DNA of 64,000 nt from the IMG/VR virus record IMGVR_UViG_3300025122_000005, positions 1 to 64,000 of that record; one strand, given 5' to 3'. Each line of letters opens with the position of its first letter. Position 1 is the first letter of the stretch. The notes beneath the pieces are model-generated. The model saw only the letters and a list, made by a program, of their open reading frames with translations, did no database searches and had not been told where the DNA came from. Shown here one piece after another: positions 10,822 through 21,340 of the stretch. This stretch comes from a virus. Both the position numbers and the translations under genes were made by a program.

Positions 10822-10854
10822 GAGGCACGGGTTTACAGGTGCCTCATTTTTTTT
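10822..10854 (+). terminator. Intrinsic terminator (possible pseudoknot)
   Basis: GAGGCAC/GTGCCTC stem followed by a T run. Confidence 0.65.
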
Positions 10855-10915
10855 AACATGAGGGTACACGCAATATGCGTTATAGTTGTGCCCAAGAAAT
10901 AAAAAGGAGAATATC

Positions 10916-12214
10916 ATGAAAAAAAGAATAGCACTGAACCTAATAAAAGGTTCAAAATACGGAGAATGCGTGGTACAACCACACAGATCCGATACAGAAA
11001 AAGAGGCAATTCAAAGAATATTCTTTGTCAATGCGTCAAGTCCCGGCAACCTGGGAGGTATTCCTCGTGGGAGCAACCCAAGATCTTACAATAATAGATC
11101 TCCTGTTGTTAACAAAATTCGTCGCACTCTCCGAGATCGCCAAGGATTGTGCCTTTTCAATGGAGGGATTCAGGTTACAATTGATGTTGGATCTTTCGAG
11201 TATGATGAAGAAGGTCACACTATTTCTTTTACGTGTGAGGGGGAAAACAACGGTCATTATGACGGTCAGCATTCCATGAACGCTATTTTGGATGAGCTTT
11301 CGGACCCTGACTCCAAGCTTGGCTTCGCGGAACAGCCCTTTAAAGTTACTCTTGTGGAGGACACATTTTGGAGAGATACCGAAGAATCGCGTTCAGCCGC
11401 CGCGGCGTGGAACACAAGAAAGGTCCAAGAAGCCGCATCGGAGCAAAACCAGCGCGGTGAATATAATGATCTCAAAAATCATCTTGACAGCAAGTATGTC
11501 GAGAATATTCGTTGGGAGGAAAATCAAAAATATAAGAATAGCAAAGAAATGATTCCGAAATGCAAGGGCATTGTTCAGGTCTCAACGCTTTTGGCACAAG
11601 CTATTCCAGTGCAAATGGATCGCACATATACAAAAGATTTTGCAAGGGCATTCCCCCGAGTCTCGAAGAAGGCTACGGAGCGTCTTTGGAAATCTGCCCG
11701 GACTATAACATCCGCAATTGCCCCGCATGCGAACACTATTTTGCACTTAGCTGACTATATTCAGTCTTCTTGGGGAAGTATCCCGGACAGGGAAAATTAT
11801 AGGGTACTTAAAAAGTACAGCAAGAGTGGATTTTGTACAAAAACGGCAGCAGAATCGAAGCCATATGTATATAACAAATTTGGCAGCAGAGGTACAGTCG
11901 ATGGTGCGATCAATCATGAATTTTTGTCGGTTATTATGCAAGCCCTTTTGAGACACACTATGTCATTCGACGAAGACACTGGGATACAAAAATTTGATTT
12001 TTCGGTTGCCGAAATTGAGAATTTGTGGGATACCGTAAGAGGCGATATTCTGAATGTTTGCGAAAAGCTTTTCAACGATTTGTACCCAAGAAGCGGCTAT
12101 CGCATGGTACCACTGTTGGATAATTCTTCGGTTTGGGATCGAGTGGATGAAGTTGTCCAGAAGGCTGTGATGTCCAATTTGATTTCGAAGCTATCATCGA
12201 AGGCTGCAGTTTGA
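10916..12214 (+). CDS. AIPR/DGQHR-like (ParB-superfamily) protein
   Basis: SNPRSY, LFNGGIQVT and YDGQH motifs; overlaps the methylase start. Confidence 0.45.
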   Translation: MKKRIALNLIKGSKYGECVVQPHRSDTEKEAIQRIFFVNASSPGNLGGIPRGSNPRSYNNRSPVVNKIRRTLRDRQGLCLFNGGIQVTIDVGSFEYDEEGHTISFTCEGENNGHYDGQHSMNAILDELSDPDSKLGFAEQPFKVTLVEDTFWRDTEESRSAAAAWNTRKVQEAASEQNQRGEYNDLKNHLDSKYVENIRWEENQKYKNSKEMIPKCKGIVQVSTLLAQAIPVQMDRTYTKDFARAFPRVSKKATERLWKSARTITSAIAPHANTILHLADYIQSSWGSIPDRENYRVLKKYSKSGFCTKTAAESKPYVYNKFGSRGTVDGAINHEFLSVIMQALLRHTMSFDEDTGIQKFDFSVAEIENLWDTVRGDILNVCEKLFNDLYPRSGYRMVPLLDNSSVWDRVDEVVQKAVMSNLISKLSSKAAV

Positions 12215-13068
12215 AAAGTCCTCTTAGATATCCAGGTGGCAAAACTAGAGCCGTCAAGATAATCTTAGATCACATCCCTGAAGACACTGGGGAGCTTTGC
12301 TCCCCTTTCTTCGGTGGTGGTTCTATTGAGTTAGCTGTTGCTGAAAGAGGAACAAGAGTTGTTGGATATGATTTATTCAAACCACTTCATTGGTTCTGGA
12401 AGGCTTTGTTAGAAGACAAAGAAGAGTTGGCAAAAATCGCAGATTCTTTTCGTTTTTTTAATGACGAGTTTTATGAAACAAAAACTGGAACTTCTGTAGT
12501 GAGGGGTCTCTGGAAAAAAGACTTTTTAGATCTGAGAGATGAGTTGAGAAATGCAAAAGAATATTCTGTAAGGAACGCAGCAATTTTCTATGCACTTAAC
12601 AGGTCTTCTTTTTCGGGCGAGACCCTTTCCGGAGGCTATTCTAAAAGAGCTGGTTATGTCAGGTTCACAGATTCGAGCATTCAAAGAATTTTGGATTTTG
12701 AGGGCAAGAACTTTGGCGTTGAATGCGAATGTTTTAAGACATCGATTCTTAAAAACCCGAATGCTCTTATTTATGCTGACCCTCCATACGCATTAGACAA
12801 ACACAAGCTTTATGGAGATAAGGGAAACATGCATAAGGGGTTCGACCATCTGGCTTTGTATGAGGTACTGTCTTCTAGAAGTAATTGGATATTGTCATAC
12901 AATAACAAAGAGTGGATCAGAGAGATGTACAAGGATTATGAGATCTTGGATGTCAGTTGGGCATATAGCATGAACAACATATATTCCAAGAAAGAAAGGG
13001 AAGCGGGACAAAAGAAAAAGATGAAGGAATCATCTGAAATTTTAATCATTAATAAGGAGAGAAAATAG
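12211..13068 (+). CDS. dam: Dam/D12-class N6-adenine DNA methyltransferase
   Basis: LRYPGGK, SPFFGGGS, LNRSSFSG, YADPPY. Confidence 0.9.
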   Translation: MKSPLRYPGGKTRAVKIILDHIPEDTGELCSPFFGGGSIELAVAERGTRVVGYDLFKPLHWFWKALLEDKEELAKIADSFRFFNDEFYETKTGTSVVRGLWKKDFLDLRDELRNAKEYSVRNAAIFYALNRSSFSGETLSGGYSKRAGYVRFTDSSIQRILDFEGKNFGVECECFKTSILKNPNALIYADPPYALDKHKLYGDKGNMHKGFDHLALYEVLSSRSNWILSYNNKEWIREMYKDYEILDVSWAYSMNNIYSKKEREAGQKKKMKESSEILIINKERK

Positions 13069-14198
13069 TGGTAAAAGTAACAAAAATTAAACCAGGGAAG
13101 GTCTCAATGGATGAGATTCGTAGGATCATAAACAAGAAGGCTGGTCACTCCGTGGCACACAGTCTGGCAGAGGACAACCCGACAGAGGTTAAGGAGTGGA
13201 TTCCAACCGGTTCCCGGTGGCTGGATTCGATTGTTTGCAAAGGAAGACTCGCAGGGATCCCTGTTGGGAAGATTTCAGAGATTGCAGGTCTTGAATCAAC
13301 TGGTAAATCTTATATGGCAACACAAATCGCAGCAAATGCTCAGAAGATGGGCATCGAAGTGGTATATTTTGATTCTGAATCTGCGATTGATCCTTCTTTT
13401 CTTGAGAGGGCGGGATGTGACTTAGATCGTTTAATGTACGTTCAGGCAGAGAGTGTCGAATTTGTGCTAGAGACAATAGAGGAATTGTTGGCAACCGGAA
13501 ATAAGTGGTTGTTCATTTGGGACTCTCTTGCTCTGACACCAGCAATTTCTGATATAGAAGGTGATTTCAATCCTCAGTCTTCAATGGCAGTAAAGGCCAG
13601 GATTCTATCAAAGGGGATGTCGAAGTTAACTGTGCCGATTGCGAACAGCCAGGCAACACTCCTGGTTCTCAACCAGCTGAAGACAAACATTACTCGGTCC
13701 CCATCGGAAGCGATGACGACTCCGTATGTCACTCCGGGCGGCAAGGCTATGCATTACGCTTATTCTTTGAGGGTGTGGCTTACGGGTAGAAAAGCGAAAG
13801 CATCGTTTGTAGTAGACGAGAATGGATTCAGAATCGGGTCTGAGGTTAAAGCAAAGCTTGAAAAGTCTCGTTTTGGAACAGCAGGAAGACATTGTAATTT
13901 TAAAATCCTGTGGGGTGAAGTTGACAATGTGGGCGTTCAAGACGAGGAAAGCTGGTTCGAGGCAATTCAAATATCAGATAGTCTAAAACAATCTGGTGCG
14001 TGGTTTTCATTAGAGTTAGAAGATGGCACCGAGAAGAAGTTCCAGAGAAAGGGCTGGGTTAAAGAGCTGAAAGATGATAAATTCCGAAATAAGGTCTTGC
14101 AAATTATTGATCAAGATGTTATAATGAAATTTAAGAACAGAACAGGTAATGCTGCTGACTATTATGAAGAGGAAGAGTCTCTCCCCGTCGAGGATTAA
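13068..14198 (+). CDS. recA: RecA/UvsX-like recombinase
   Basis: WIPTGS, GLESTGKS Walker A, FIWDS, NQLK, TPGGKA. Confidence 0.92.
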   Translation: MVKVTKIKPGKVSMDEIRRIINKKAGHSVAHSLAEDNPTEVKEWIPTGSRWLDSIVCKGRLAGIPVGKISEIAGLESTGKSYMATQIAANAQKMGIEVVYFDSESAIDPSFLERAGCDLDRLMYVQAESVEFVLETIEELLATGNKWLFIWDSLALTPAISDIEGDFNPQSSMAVKARILSKGMSKLTVPIANSQATLLVLNQLKTNITRSPSEAMTTPYVTPGGKAMHYAYSLRVWLTGRKAKASFVVDENGFRIGSEVKAKLEKSRFGTAGRHCNFKILWGEVDNVGVQDEESWFEAIQISDSLKQSGAWFSLELEDGTEKKFQRKGWVKELKDDKFRNKVLQIIDQDVIMKFKNRTGNAADYYEEEESLPVED

Positions 14199-14224
14199 GC
14201 ACCCACTTGGTTCTCGGCATCTCC

Positions 14225-14276
14225 GCCCCTGAGCGTGTTTTCCTATTATGGTTGCACGCGCTCAGGGGCTTTTTTT
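14225..14276 (+). terminator. Intrinsic terminator
   Basis: GCCCCTGAGCG/CGCTCAGGGGC 11-bp stem plus T run. Confidence 0.75.
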
Positions 14277-14291
14277 GAAAAGAGGTAAAAA

Positions 14292-15254
14292 ATGAATGGT
14301 AGAGTGATGATTGTGGATGCACACAATCAATTTTTAAGGTCGTATATTGTCGACCCAAGTTTGTCAATAAACGGAAGTCCAATTGGTGGTTCAAAGGGTT
14401 TCCTTAAGATTCTCAACAAGTTAACGAGGATTGTAAGTCCGGATATGACTGTCGTTGTTTGGGATGGAGAAGGGGGGTCTCAAAAGAGACGCGCTCAAAA
14501 TAAAAATTATAAATTAGGAAGAAAGCCGCCACTGAGGCTGAACAGGGATACCCGTCACTTGACGGAGGAACAGGAAAAAGAAAATAAAGCTTGGCAACAG
14601 ATCAGGGCGATAGAATATCTTAACCAAACTCCAATAGTTCAATTTATAGAGCCCCGCGTTGAGGCCGACGATGTGATTTCGCATGTCGCACAAAAGCAAA
14701 AGTTCAAAGATTGGCAAAAAGTCATTGTTTCCAGTGATAAGGACTTTATTCAATTGTTGGATGACAAGACGATATTGTACAGACCAACACAAAATCAAGT
14801 GCTTAATAAGAAGGCAGTTTTGGAACAATATAAAATTCATCCAACGAATTTCGCTTTGGCGAGAGCACTGGCGGGGGACAAAAGTGACAATTTAGATGGC
14901 GTTCCGGGTGTCGGATTGGCAACTGTCGCTAAGAGGTTCCCCTTCTTCGCCGATGAGAAGGAATGTTATCTGGAAGATGTTGTTACTCACTGCAAAGAGC
15001 AGGAAACCAAGTTAAAAGTTTATGACCGTGTATTAGAAGAGACAGACAAGGTCGAGAGCAATTATAAAATAATGCAATTATATTCCCCCTCTATCTCTAT
15101 TCAGGGTAAAACTAGAATAGACGAAGCAATAGACGGGCATGTTCCTGAGTTTAACAAGACTGGGTTAAGGACGCTGATGCACCAGGACGGTATTGGCGAA
15201 ATCTCATTGAGTTCTTTGTTCGAAAGTTTCAATCGAATGATATCTGACTTTTAG
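14292..15254 (+). CDS. 5'-3' exonuclease/flap endonuclease (T4 RNase H-like)
   Basis: IVDAHN, VWDGEGGS, EADDVI, SSDKDF, GDKSDNLDGVPGVG. Confidence 0.9.
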   Translation: MNGRVMIVDAHNQFLRSYIVDPSLSINGSPIGGSKGFLKILNKLTRIVSPDMTVVVWDGEGGSQKRRAQNKNYKLGRKPPLRLNRDTRHLTEEQEKENKAWQQIRAIEYLNQTPIVQFIEPRVEADDVISHVAQKQKFKDWQKVIVSSDKDFIQLLDDKTILYRPTQNQVLNKKAVLEQYKIHPTNFALARALAGDKSDNLDGVPGVGLATVAKRFPFFADEKECYLEDVVTHCKEQETKLKVYDRVLEETDKVESNYKIMQLYSPSISIQGKTRIDEAIDGHVPEFNKTGLRTLMHQDGIGEISLSSLFESFNRMISDF

Positions 15255-15309
15255 TCTTGCAATTTTTTGGTCTTTGTGATAAGATTAATCATTAAATAAA
15301 AGGAAAAAC

Positions 15310-16683
15310 ATGACGGAGCAAGAAAGGGAAGATTTCTCAAACTTTGGTAGATCTTTTCAAGAGGATCTGTGTCACTTAATTTTGGTAGACAGACCATTTG
15401 CAGATCAAATATTTGAAGTTTTTAATATAAAGTTTCTAGAACTTAAACATCTTAGGGTCTTTATCAACAAAATTCAAGGATATCGACAAAAATACGGTGT
15501 CCACCCAACCGCCAAAATTATGAAGTCCATTATACGGACAGAGTTAAAGAAAGAACAAGAATCTATTCAGGTCCTCATACGGGACTATTATGCTAGAGTA
15601 TTATCGACCGGATTGGAAACAACTGAGTCTGAATACATAAAAGACGTAGCGTTAGACTTTTGCAGAAAACAAAAGCTAAAGGAAGCACTGATTCGGTCTG
15701 TTGACCTGATCAAGCGTTCCTCTTTTGACGAGGTTAGCAGCGTAATCAATGACGCTATTAAACTTGGAAGTGACAACAACTTTGGATATGATTATATTCT
15801 TGATTTTGAGAAAAGATTTCAAATCCGCGAAAGAAACCCAGTAACGACTGGATGGATAGAGGTTGATAACTTGTGCAAGGGCGGCATCGGAAAGGGAGAG
15901 CTGGGTGTGTGTATCGCTCCTACAGGAGCGGGAAAAAGCATGGCGTTGGTGCATTTAGGCGCACAAGCATTGAAAGCTGGAAAGAATGTTATACACTATA
16001 CGCTGGAGTTAGCGGATACTGTAGTTGCGAGTCGGTATGATAGTTGTCTTACCGGCGTGGACCTTTCAAATGTAATTTCTTTTAAGGAAAAGATTTACGA
16101 AGAAGTACAAGAAATAGAAGGAAAGCTGATTGTGAAGGAGTATCCTACCAAATCTGCATCGGTCCAAACGATTAAAAATCACCTGGAAAAGATGAAGATT
16201 AGGGGGTTTTCCCCGGACTTAATTATCGTCGATTATGGGGATTTATTAAGACCAATTTCTTCTATAAAAGATGAGAAAAGACATCAGCTGGAGACTATTT
16301 ATGAGGAGTTGAGAGGTATTGCGCAAGTAAACGAATGCCCTGTCTGGACAGCCTCTCAAACAAATAGAAGCGGTTTAAACGCGGAAGTTATTACCATGGA
16401 AGCAATTTCGGAAGCGTTTAATAAGTGTTTTGTTGCAGATTTTATTTTTACGGTTTCACGAACCATCGAGGATAAAAACACCAACAGTGGGCGCATCTTT
16501 ATAGCTAAAAATAGAAACGGACCAGATGGGTTGGTGTATCCAATTTTCATGGACACGAGTAATGTAAGAATAAAGGTGCTACCACAGACGAATGAATCGG
16601 TTGAGGATATCGTTGAAAAATCTGCTAAAAAACAACTTGAGAGATTGAAAGAGAAGTATAAGACATTTAAAAAGGGGGAGTAA
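15310..16683 (+). CDS. dnaB: Replicative DnaB/gp41-like helicase
   Basis: APTGAGKS, YTLEL, IVDYGD, WTASQTNR, IAKNRNG. Confidence 0.9.
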   Translation: MTEQEREDFSNFGRSFQEDLCHLILVDRPFADQIFEVFNIKFLELKHLRVFINKIQGYRQKYGVHPTAKIMKSIIRTELKKEQESIQVLIRDYYARVLSTGLETTESEYIKDVALDFCRKQKLKEALIRSVDLIKRSSFDEVSSVINDAIKLGSDNNFGYDYILDFEKRFQIRERNPVTTGWIEVDNLCKGGIGKGELGVCIAPTGAGKSMALVHLGAQALKAGKNVIHYTLELADTVVASRYDSCLTGVDLSNVISFKEKIYEEVQEIEGKLIVKEYPTKSASVQTIKNHLEKMKIRGFSPDLIIVDYGDLLRPISSIKDEKRHQLETIYEELRGIAQVNECPVWTASQTNRSGLNAEVITMEAISEAFNKCFVADFIFTVSRTIEDKNTNSGRIFIAKNRNGPDGLVYPIFMDTSNVRIKVLPQTNESVEDIVEKSAKKQLERLKEKYKTFKKGE

Positions 16684-16688
16684 TAATA

Positions 16689-18554
16689 ATGGAATTATCT
16701 AATCAAATACTATCTGACATAACGGTGCACATGAAATATACAAGGTTTCTTCCGGATAAAAATAGAAGAGAAACTTGGGAAGAACTTGTATCTAGAAACA
16801 TGGAGATGCACTTAAGAAAATATCCTTTCTTAGAACTTCAAATAAGAAAGGCGTATAAGATGGTGTTTGATAAGAAGGTTCTACCTTCGATGAGGTCAAT
16901 GCAATTCGGTGGAAAACCGATTGAGATCAATCCAGCAAGAATGTTTAACTGCTCATTTGTCGCGGTTGACGATTATCGCTCTTTTAATGAAACGATGTTT
17001 TTGCTCCTTTCTGGTTGTGGTGTTGGATATTCTGTGCAGAACCACCATGTTGAAAACCTGCCAGAGATTCGCAAACCAACTTCGAAGCGTACCTATAGGT
17101 ATCTGATTCAAGATAGCATCGAAGGCTGGGCCGACGCAGTGAAGGCTTTGATAGAAACCTATTTCGGAATAAGAACGTCTCATATTCGTTTTGACTTCGG
17201 AGATATCCGACTAAAGGGGGAGAGACTTATCACATCCGGGGGCAAGGCTCCCGGACCCCAACCACTAAAGGAGTGTCTCCTTAAAATAAAAGGGATACTA
17301 GATGACAAAAGTGATGGAGAAAAACTAACTTCAATTGAGTGTCACGATATAATGTGCCACTTGGCAGATGCAGTGTTGTCCGGAGGCATTCGTCGTGCTG
17401 CAATGATTTCTTTGTTTTCAGCAAATGACAATCAGATGTTGTCTGCTAAGACCGGTACCTGGTGGGAGAATAACCCTCAACGAGGTAGAGCGAACAACTC
17501 TGTGGTCCTTCTTAGGCATAGAATCGAGAAGGACACATTTATGGACTTGTGGGAGAGGATTGAGGCGTCTGGAGCTGGTGAGCCTGGATTTTCGTTTACT
17601 AATGACAAGGAACGAGGGTTCAATCCATGTCATGAGATTTCACTAAGGTCTTGCCAGATGTGCAACCTTACAGAGATTAACGTGAGTGACATAGAAGATC
17701 AGGAAGATTTCGAAGAAAGAGCAAGAGTTGCTGCTTTTATAGGCACCTTGCAAGCGGGGTACACGGACTTTCATTATTTGAGACCTGCCTGGCAAACAAA
17801 CTGCGAAAGGGATTCCTTGTTGGGCGTTAGCATGACGGGAATTGCTTCTCGTAAGGTTCTCGACTTGAGTATGATTGCTGCAGCTCAAGTTGTTAAAGAT
17901 GAAAATTTGAGGGTAGCAGACCTTATTGGTATTAATCCGGCCGCGAGAACGACAGCTGTAAAGCCTGCTGGTACGACTTCTCTAGTATTAGGAACATCAA
18001 GCGGAATTCATGCTTGGCATAACGACTATTATATTCGTCGTGTGAGAGTCGGCAAAAACGAGCCTATTTATGGGTATTTGCTGGAGAACCATCCGGAGTT
18101 GGTGGAGGATGAATATTTCAGCCCTCACGACACTGCTGTTATCTCCGTGCCTCAAAAGGCACCTGAAGGCGCGATACTAAGATCGGAAAGCGCAAGACAG
18201 CTATTAAAGAGAGTAAAACAGGTTTCAGAAGAGTGGGTCTTTGCTGGATTTAGAAAAGGTCCCAACAATCACAATGTATCCGCCACTGTTTCAGTTAAGG
18301 ATGCTGAGTGGTCCGATGTCGGCGAGTGGATGTGGGAGAACAGAGACTCTTACACGGGACTATCTGTTCTGCCGTATAATGGCGGCACCTATAAACAGGC
18401 TCCGTTTGAGGATTGCTCGAAAGAAACTTATGAAGTGCTCTTTGAGACGCTTAAAGATATTGACTTAACAAAAATTCGAGAAGAAAAGGACAATACAAAT
18501 CTTACAGCCGAAGTTGCTTGTGCTGGTGGAAGTTGTTCTTTAAAATATTTATAA
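16689..18554 (+). CDS. nrdJ: Class II (B12-dependent, monomeric) ribonucleotide reductase
   Basis: RMFNCSF, FNPCHEI, CNLTE, VKPAGTTS, C-terminal CAGGSC; no beta-subunit gene nearby. Confidence 0.88.
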   Translation: MELSNQILSDITVHMKYTRFLPDKNRRETWEELVSRNMEMHLRKYPFLELQIRKAYKMVFDKKVLPSMRSMQFGGKPIEINPARMFNCSFVAVDDYRSFNETMFLLLSGCGVGYSVQNHHVENLPEIRKPTSKRTYRYLIQDSIEGWADAVKALIETYFGIRTSHIRFDFGDIRLKGERLITSGGKAPGPQPLKECLLKIKGILDDKSDGEKLTSIECHDIMCHLADAVLSGGIRRAAMISLFSANDNQMLSAKTGTWWENNPQRGRANNSVVLLRHRIEKDTFMDLWERIEASGAGEPGFSFTNDKERGFNPCHEISLRSCQMCNLTEINVSDIEDQEDFEERARVAAFIGTLQAGYTDFHYLRPAWQTNCERDSLLGVSMTGIASRKVLDLSMIAAAQVVKDENLRVADLIGINPAARTTAVKPAGTTSLVLGTSSGIHAWHNDYYIRRVRVGKNEPIYGYLLENHPELVEDEYFSPHDTAVISVPQKAPEGAILRSESARQLLKRVKQVSEEWVFAGFRKGPNNHNVSATVSVKDAEWSDVGEWMWENRDSYTGLSVLPYNGGTYKQAPFEDCSKETYEVLFETLKDIDLTKIREEKDNTNLTAEVACAGGSCSLKYL

Positions 18555-18628
18555 AAAAGTACTTGATTTTATATTAAAATACTGTTATAGTATTATTATA
18601 ATTAGCGTAGTTGAGAAAAGGAGAAAAA

Positions 18629-18910
18629 ATGGCTACTAACTTACACATCGTCGAGGATGACCTCATCGCAGAGAAAGAAAAATATATCACATCTTTTATA
18701 GAATCCCTTGTGGCACTAGAAGATGCGATGGAGCCCTATAAGGAACAAAAGAGAGACCTCAGAAAAAACTATGTCGAGAATGGATGGTTGACCAAAGAGG
18801 AATTGCGAATGTCCGTCCGCGCATATCGTCTCATGAAGAACGAAGTTGACATGGAACAACTTTTGGACTTTTTCGACCATGTCAAGAGAACGGTAGGGAC
18901 TAATGGGTAG
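18629..18910 (+). CDS. Small dsDNA-binding protein (T4 DsbA/GapR-like)
   Basis: Helical pattern FIESLVALEDAMEPYKEQKRDLRKNY...VRAYRLMK. Confidence 0.45.
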   Translation: MATNLHIVEDDLIAEKEKYITSFIESLVALEDAMEPYKEQKRDLRKNYVENGWLTKEELRMSVRAYRLMKNEVDMEQLLDFFDHVKRTVGTNG

Positions 18911-19232
18911 GCTACCTCCCACTCTTAGACCTGTTAACAGGCATCTTTTAATAGTCCCACACATTGTTAAAGAAGAAGATGAATCGGGAATTTTGTTACC
19001 GGAAGATTACAAGCCCAAAGAAGACGAGTATATAGCAGCGACAGTTGTTGATGTCGCAAGTGATTGCGGACCTCACTTCTTAAATTTAAGAAGAGGAGCC
19101 TTCGATAATAGAAGAGACATAATAATTGATCGAAGTATGATTGAAGAAGTAAAATACAAAGACAAAACATTTTTTCTTATTTTAGAGAACTACGTTGTGG
19201 GTATGTTGAGAGAAATAAGCGATACTAGATAG
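18903..19232 (+). CDS. groES: GroES-like co-chaperonin
   Basis: LRPVNRHLLI...ESGILLP...ILENYVVG. Confidence 0.65.
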   Translation: MGRLPPTLRPVNRHLLIVPHIVKEEDESGILLPEDYKPKEDEYIAATVVDVASDCGPHFLNLRRGAFDNRRDIIIDRSMIEEVKYKDKTFFLILENYVVGMLREISDTR

Positions 19233-19240
19233 AGGCATAG

Positions 19241-21334
19241 ATGAGACAAATATTATTATTGGTTGTTATGATGTTCCCCGCATGCGGTGACGAGTCCTGG
19301 ATAAACGAACCACTGGATTACAGAAATCATGATTTAGGCGTAGGGATTATCCCGCCTGATTATGAGATGGAGGAAGATTTAGGTTTAGATTCTTTTTTCG
19401 ACCTTTCGGCTCCATTCATAGATGCCGCCCCACCGATTGCAGACTTCGGACCTGAACCCGACGCAGCACTAATTTGTCGTCCGTATGGCAAGAAAGAACC
19501 TTGCGAAATACAAGATCTTTTAGGTCCCTGTTCAGAGGGCGAGAGATACTGTAGAATCACTGAGTGGACTCAATGCTTTCAAGTAAATAACCCTAGACAA
19601 GAAACCTGCGACGACATCGACAATGACTGCGACGGAGAGTTGAATGAGGCACCAGCAGATCTCGCTCCTGATCATGCAAGTCCTCAAAATGGCTTGTTGT
19701 CTAGAAGATGTTATACTGGAGCCGTGGGAACAGACAAAAATGGACCGTGTAGAAGTGGCGTGTCTCTTTGCGAACCAACCGAAGAACAGGGTCCTGAAGG
19801 TCCAGTGGTGACTTATTCATACGGAGAGTGTCAGAACCAAGTCCTGCCCCAACCGGAGAATTGCGACACTACTGATAACGACTGTGATTCTCTTGTTGAC
19901 GAGGACGTTCTCAACGCCTGCGGCGAATGCGGTCATGTCCCCGAAGAAGTCTGCGACGCCCTAGACAACGACTGCGACGGCAGCGTAGACGAAGAGCTTC
20001 TAAACGATTGTGACGAATGCGGGCCATTACCGAGAGAGCTGTGTGATTTTGTTGACAACGACTGCGACGGGTTCATCGATGAAGACTTTTTGGAGGGAGA
20101 CTGCAATTGTGATCATCCCGACTACGTGCCCCAACCGGAAGTATGCAATGGCGTCGACGACGATTGCGATTTCGCAATAGACGAGGGTCCAATCGGAGGT
20201 CCACTAACAATGCTTTGTTCTACGGATGTTTTGACTGGGAGCGTTGTTACGCATGCTCGTCGAGAAGACGGACCACAATATGTCGGCGGTGATTGTCGTT
20301 TGGGAATCTCGTTTTGTGAATTGGGTCGCAATGAGCGAGGAGAGATGCAACGAGGATATCACGAATGTCTGCAGGAGGTCCTCCCAGGAGTTGAGCGATG
20401 CAATGGCATCGATGACGACTGCGATGGCAACGTAGATGAGAACTTTCAACAGGGAAGCGTAGCGGTCATGATGGTGGTTGACGTTTCCGGTTCGATGGAA
20501 GAAGCAGAGCTTCGAACAGCCTTCGATGCTACAAGGGATTCAGTACGTCAACTGTTTGACGACGGAGTTGTTGATGTTTGTTATATGCTAGCTGTGGTTG
20601 GAAATGATGACATGCCGGATCCATATCTTTATTATCCTGGCGACAACTGTGTTCCTGGAGTTGAAGACCCGCCAATATTTCCGGTGGAGGACATGGAGGC
20701 AGCTATAAGTGGTCTTCGCGGCGCATTGAACGCGAACGCTGTGAATCAGGGCGGGAACACAGAAAATACTTTAGATGCTATCGGGAGATTTTTTACTGAT
20801 GACTTGATTGACTGGGACCAGGACGGCACCCCGGAAAATATTTTGTGGAGCACTAACCGTCCAGCCGCCCGATTACGAGGTGTAGAGAATGTCTGGGATG
20901 TTGATCTGAGTCAACACACTCATCGTATAGTCGTAGTGATAGGCGACGAGCCTGCCCAAGGAAGAGAGTGGAGCAGCCATGATGCTGCTAGAGCAATGGC
21001 GCATTCCGGCGGAATGGTGTTTATAATAGGATCAAATGCCAGCGTGCATAGTTACCAGCCTTTGGTTGATTTCGGTGCGGTTCACACCACTGGCTTGGAT
21101 GGTTTCGGAAACCAAAATGCCGCTCAAATAGCAGCTGTCGTTGAAGAGGCTATCGAAGAGGCTGCATGTATAAACAACCGTCAGCAGGAACAGGAGCCCG
21201 AGGAAGAGGAAGAGGAAGAAATGGCTTGTTATGAGAGTGATACATATAACAAGATTGCAGCAATTCCATTGGACACTTACAAGCTGGTTAGTTATTCTTA
21301 TTATTCTTACGAACATTACGGGATTTGCCTTTAG
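19241..21334 (+). CDS. Lipoprotein with six Cys/Asp-rich MopE-type repeats and a vWA domain
   Basis: Lipobox FPAC; six E-x-C-(D/N)-x-x-D-(N/D)-D-C-D-x-x-x-(D/N)-E repeats; MIDAS DVSGS, GGNTE, IGDE. Confidence 0.8.
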   Translation: MRQILLLVVMMFPACGDESWINEPLDYRNHDLGVGIIPPDYEMEEDLGLDSFFDLSAPFIDAAPPIADFGPEPDAALICRPYGKKEPCEIQDLLGPCSEGERYCRITEWTQCFQVNNPRQETCDDIDNDCDGELNEAPADLAPDHASPQNGLLSRRCYTGAVGTDKNGPCRSGVSLCEPTEEQGPEGPVVTYSYGECQNQVLPQPENCDTTDNDCDSLVDEDVLNACGECGHVPEEVCDALDNDCDGSVDEELLNDCDECGPLPRELCDFVDNDCDGFIDEDFLEGDCNCDHPDYVPQPEVCNGVDDDCDFAIDEGPIGGPLTMLCSTDVLTGSVVTHARREDGPQYVGGDCRLGISFCELGRNERGEMQRGYHECLQEVLPGVERCNGIDDDCDGNVDENFQQGSVAVMMVVDVSGSMEEAELRTAFDATRDSVRQLFDDGVVDVCYMLAVVGNDDMPDPYLYYPGDNCVPGVEDPPIFPVEDMEAAISGLRGALNANAVNQGGNTENTLDAIGRFFTDDLIDWDQDGTPENILWSTNRPAARLRGVENVWDVDLSQHTHRIVVVIGDEPAQGREWSSHDAARAMAHSGGMVFIIGSNASVHSYQPLVDFGAVHTTGLDGFGNQNAAQIAAVVEEAIEEAACINNRQQEQEPEEEEEEEMACYESDTYNKIAAIPLDTYKLVSYSYYSYEHYGICL

Positions 21335-21340
21335 ACAAGT

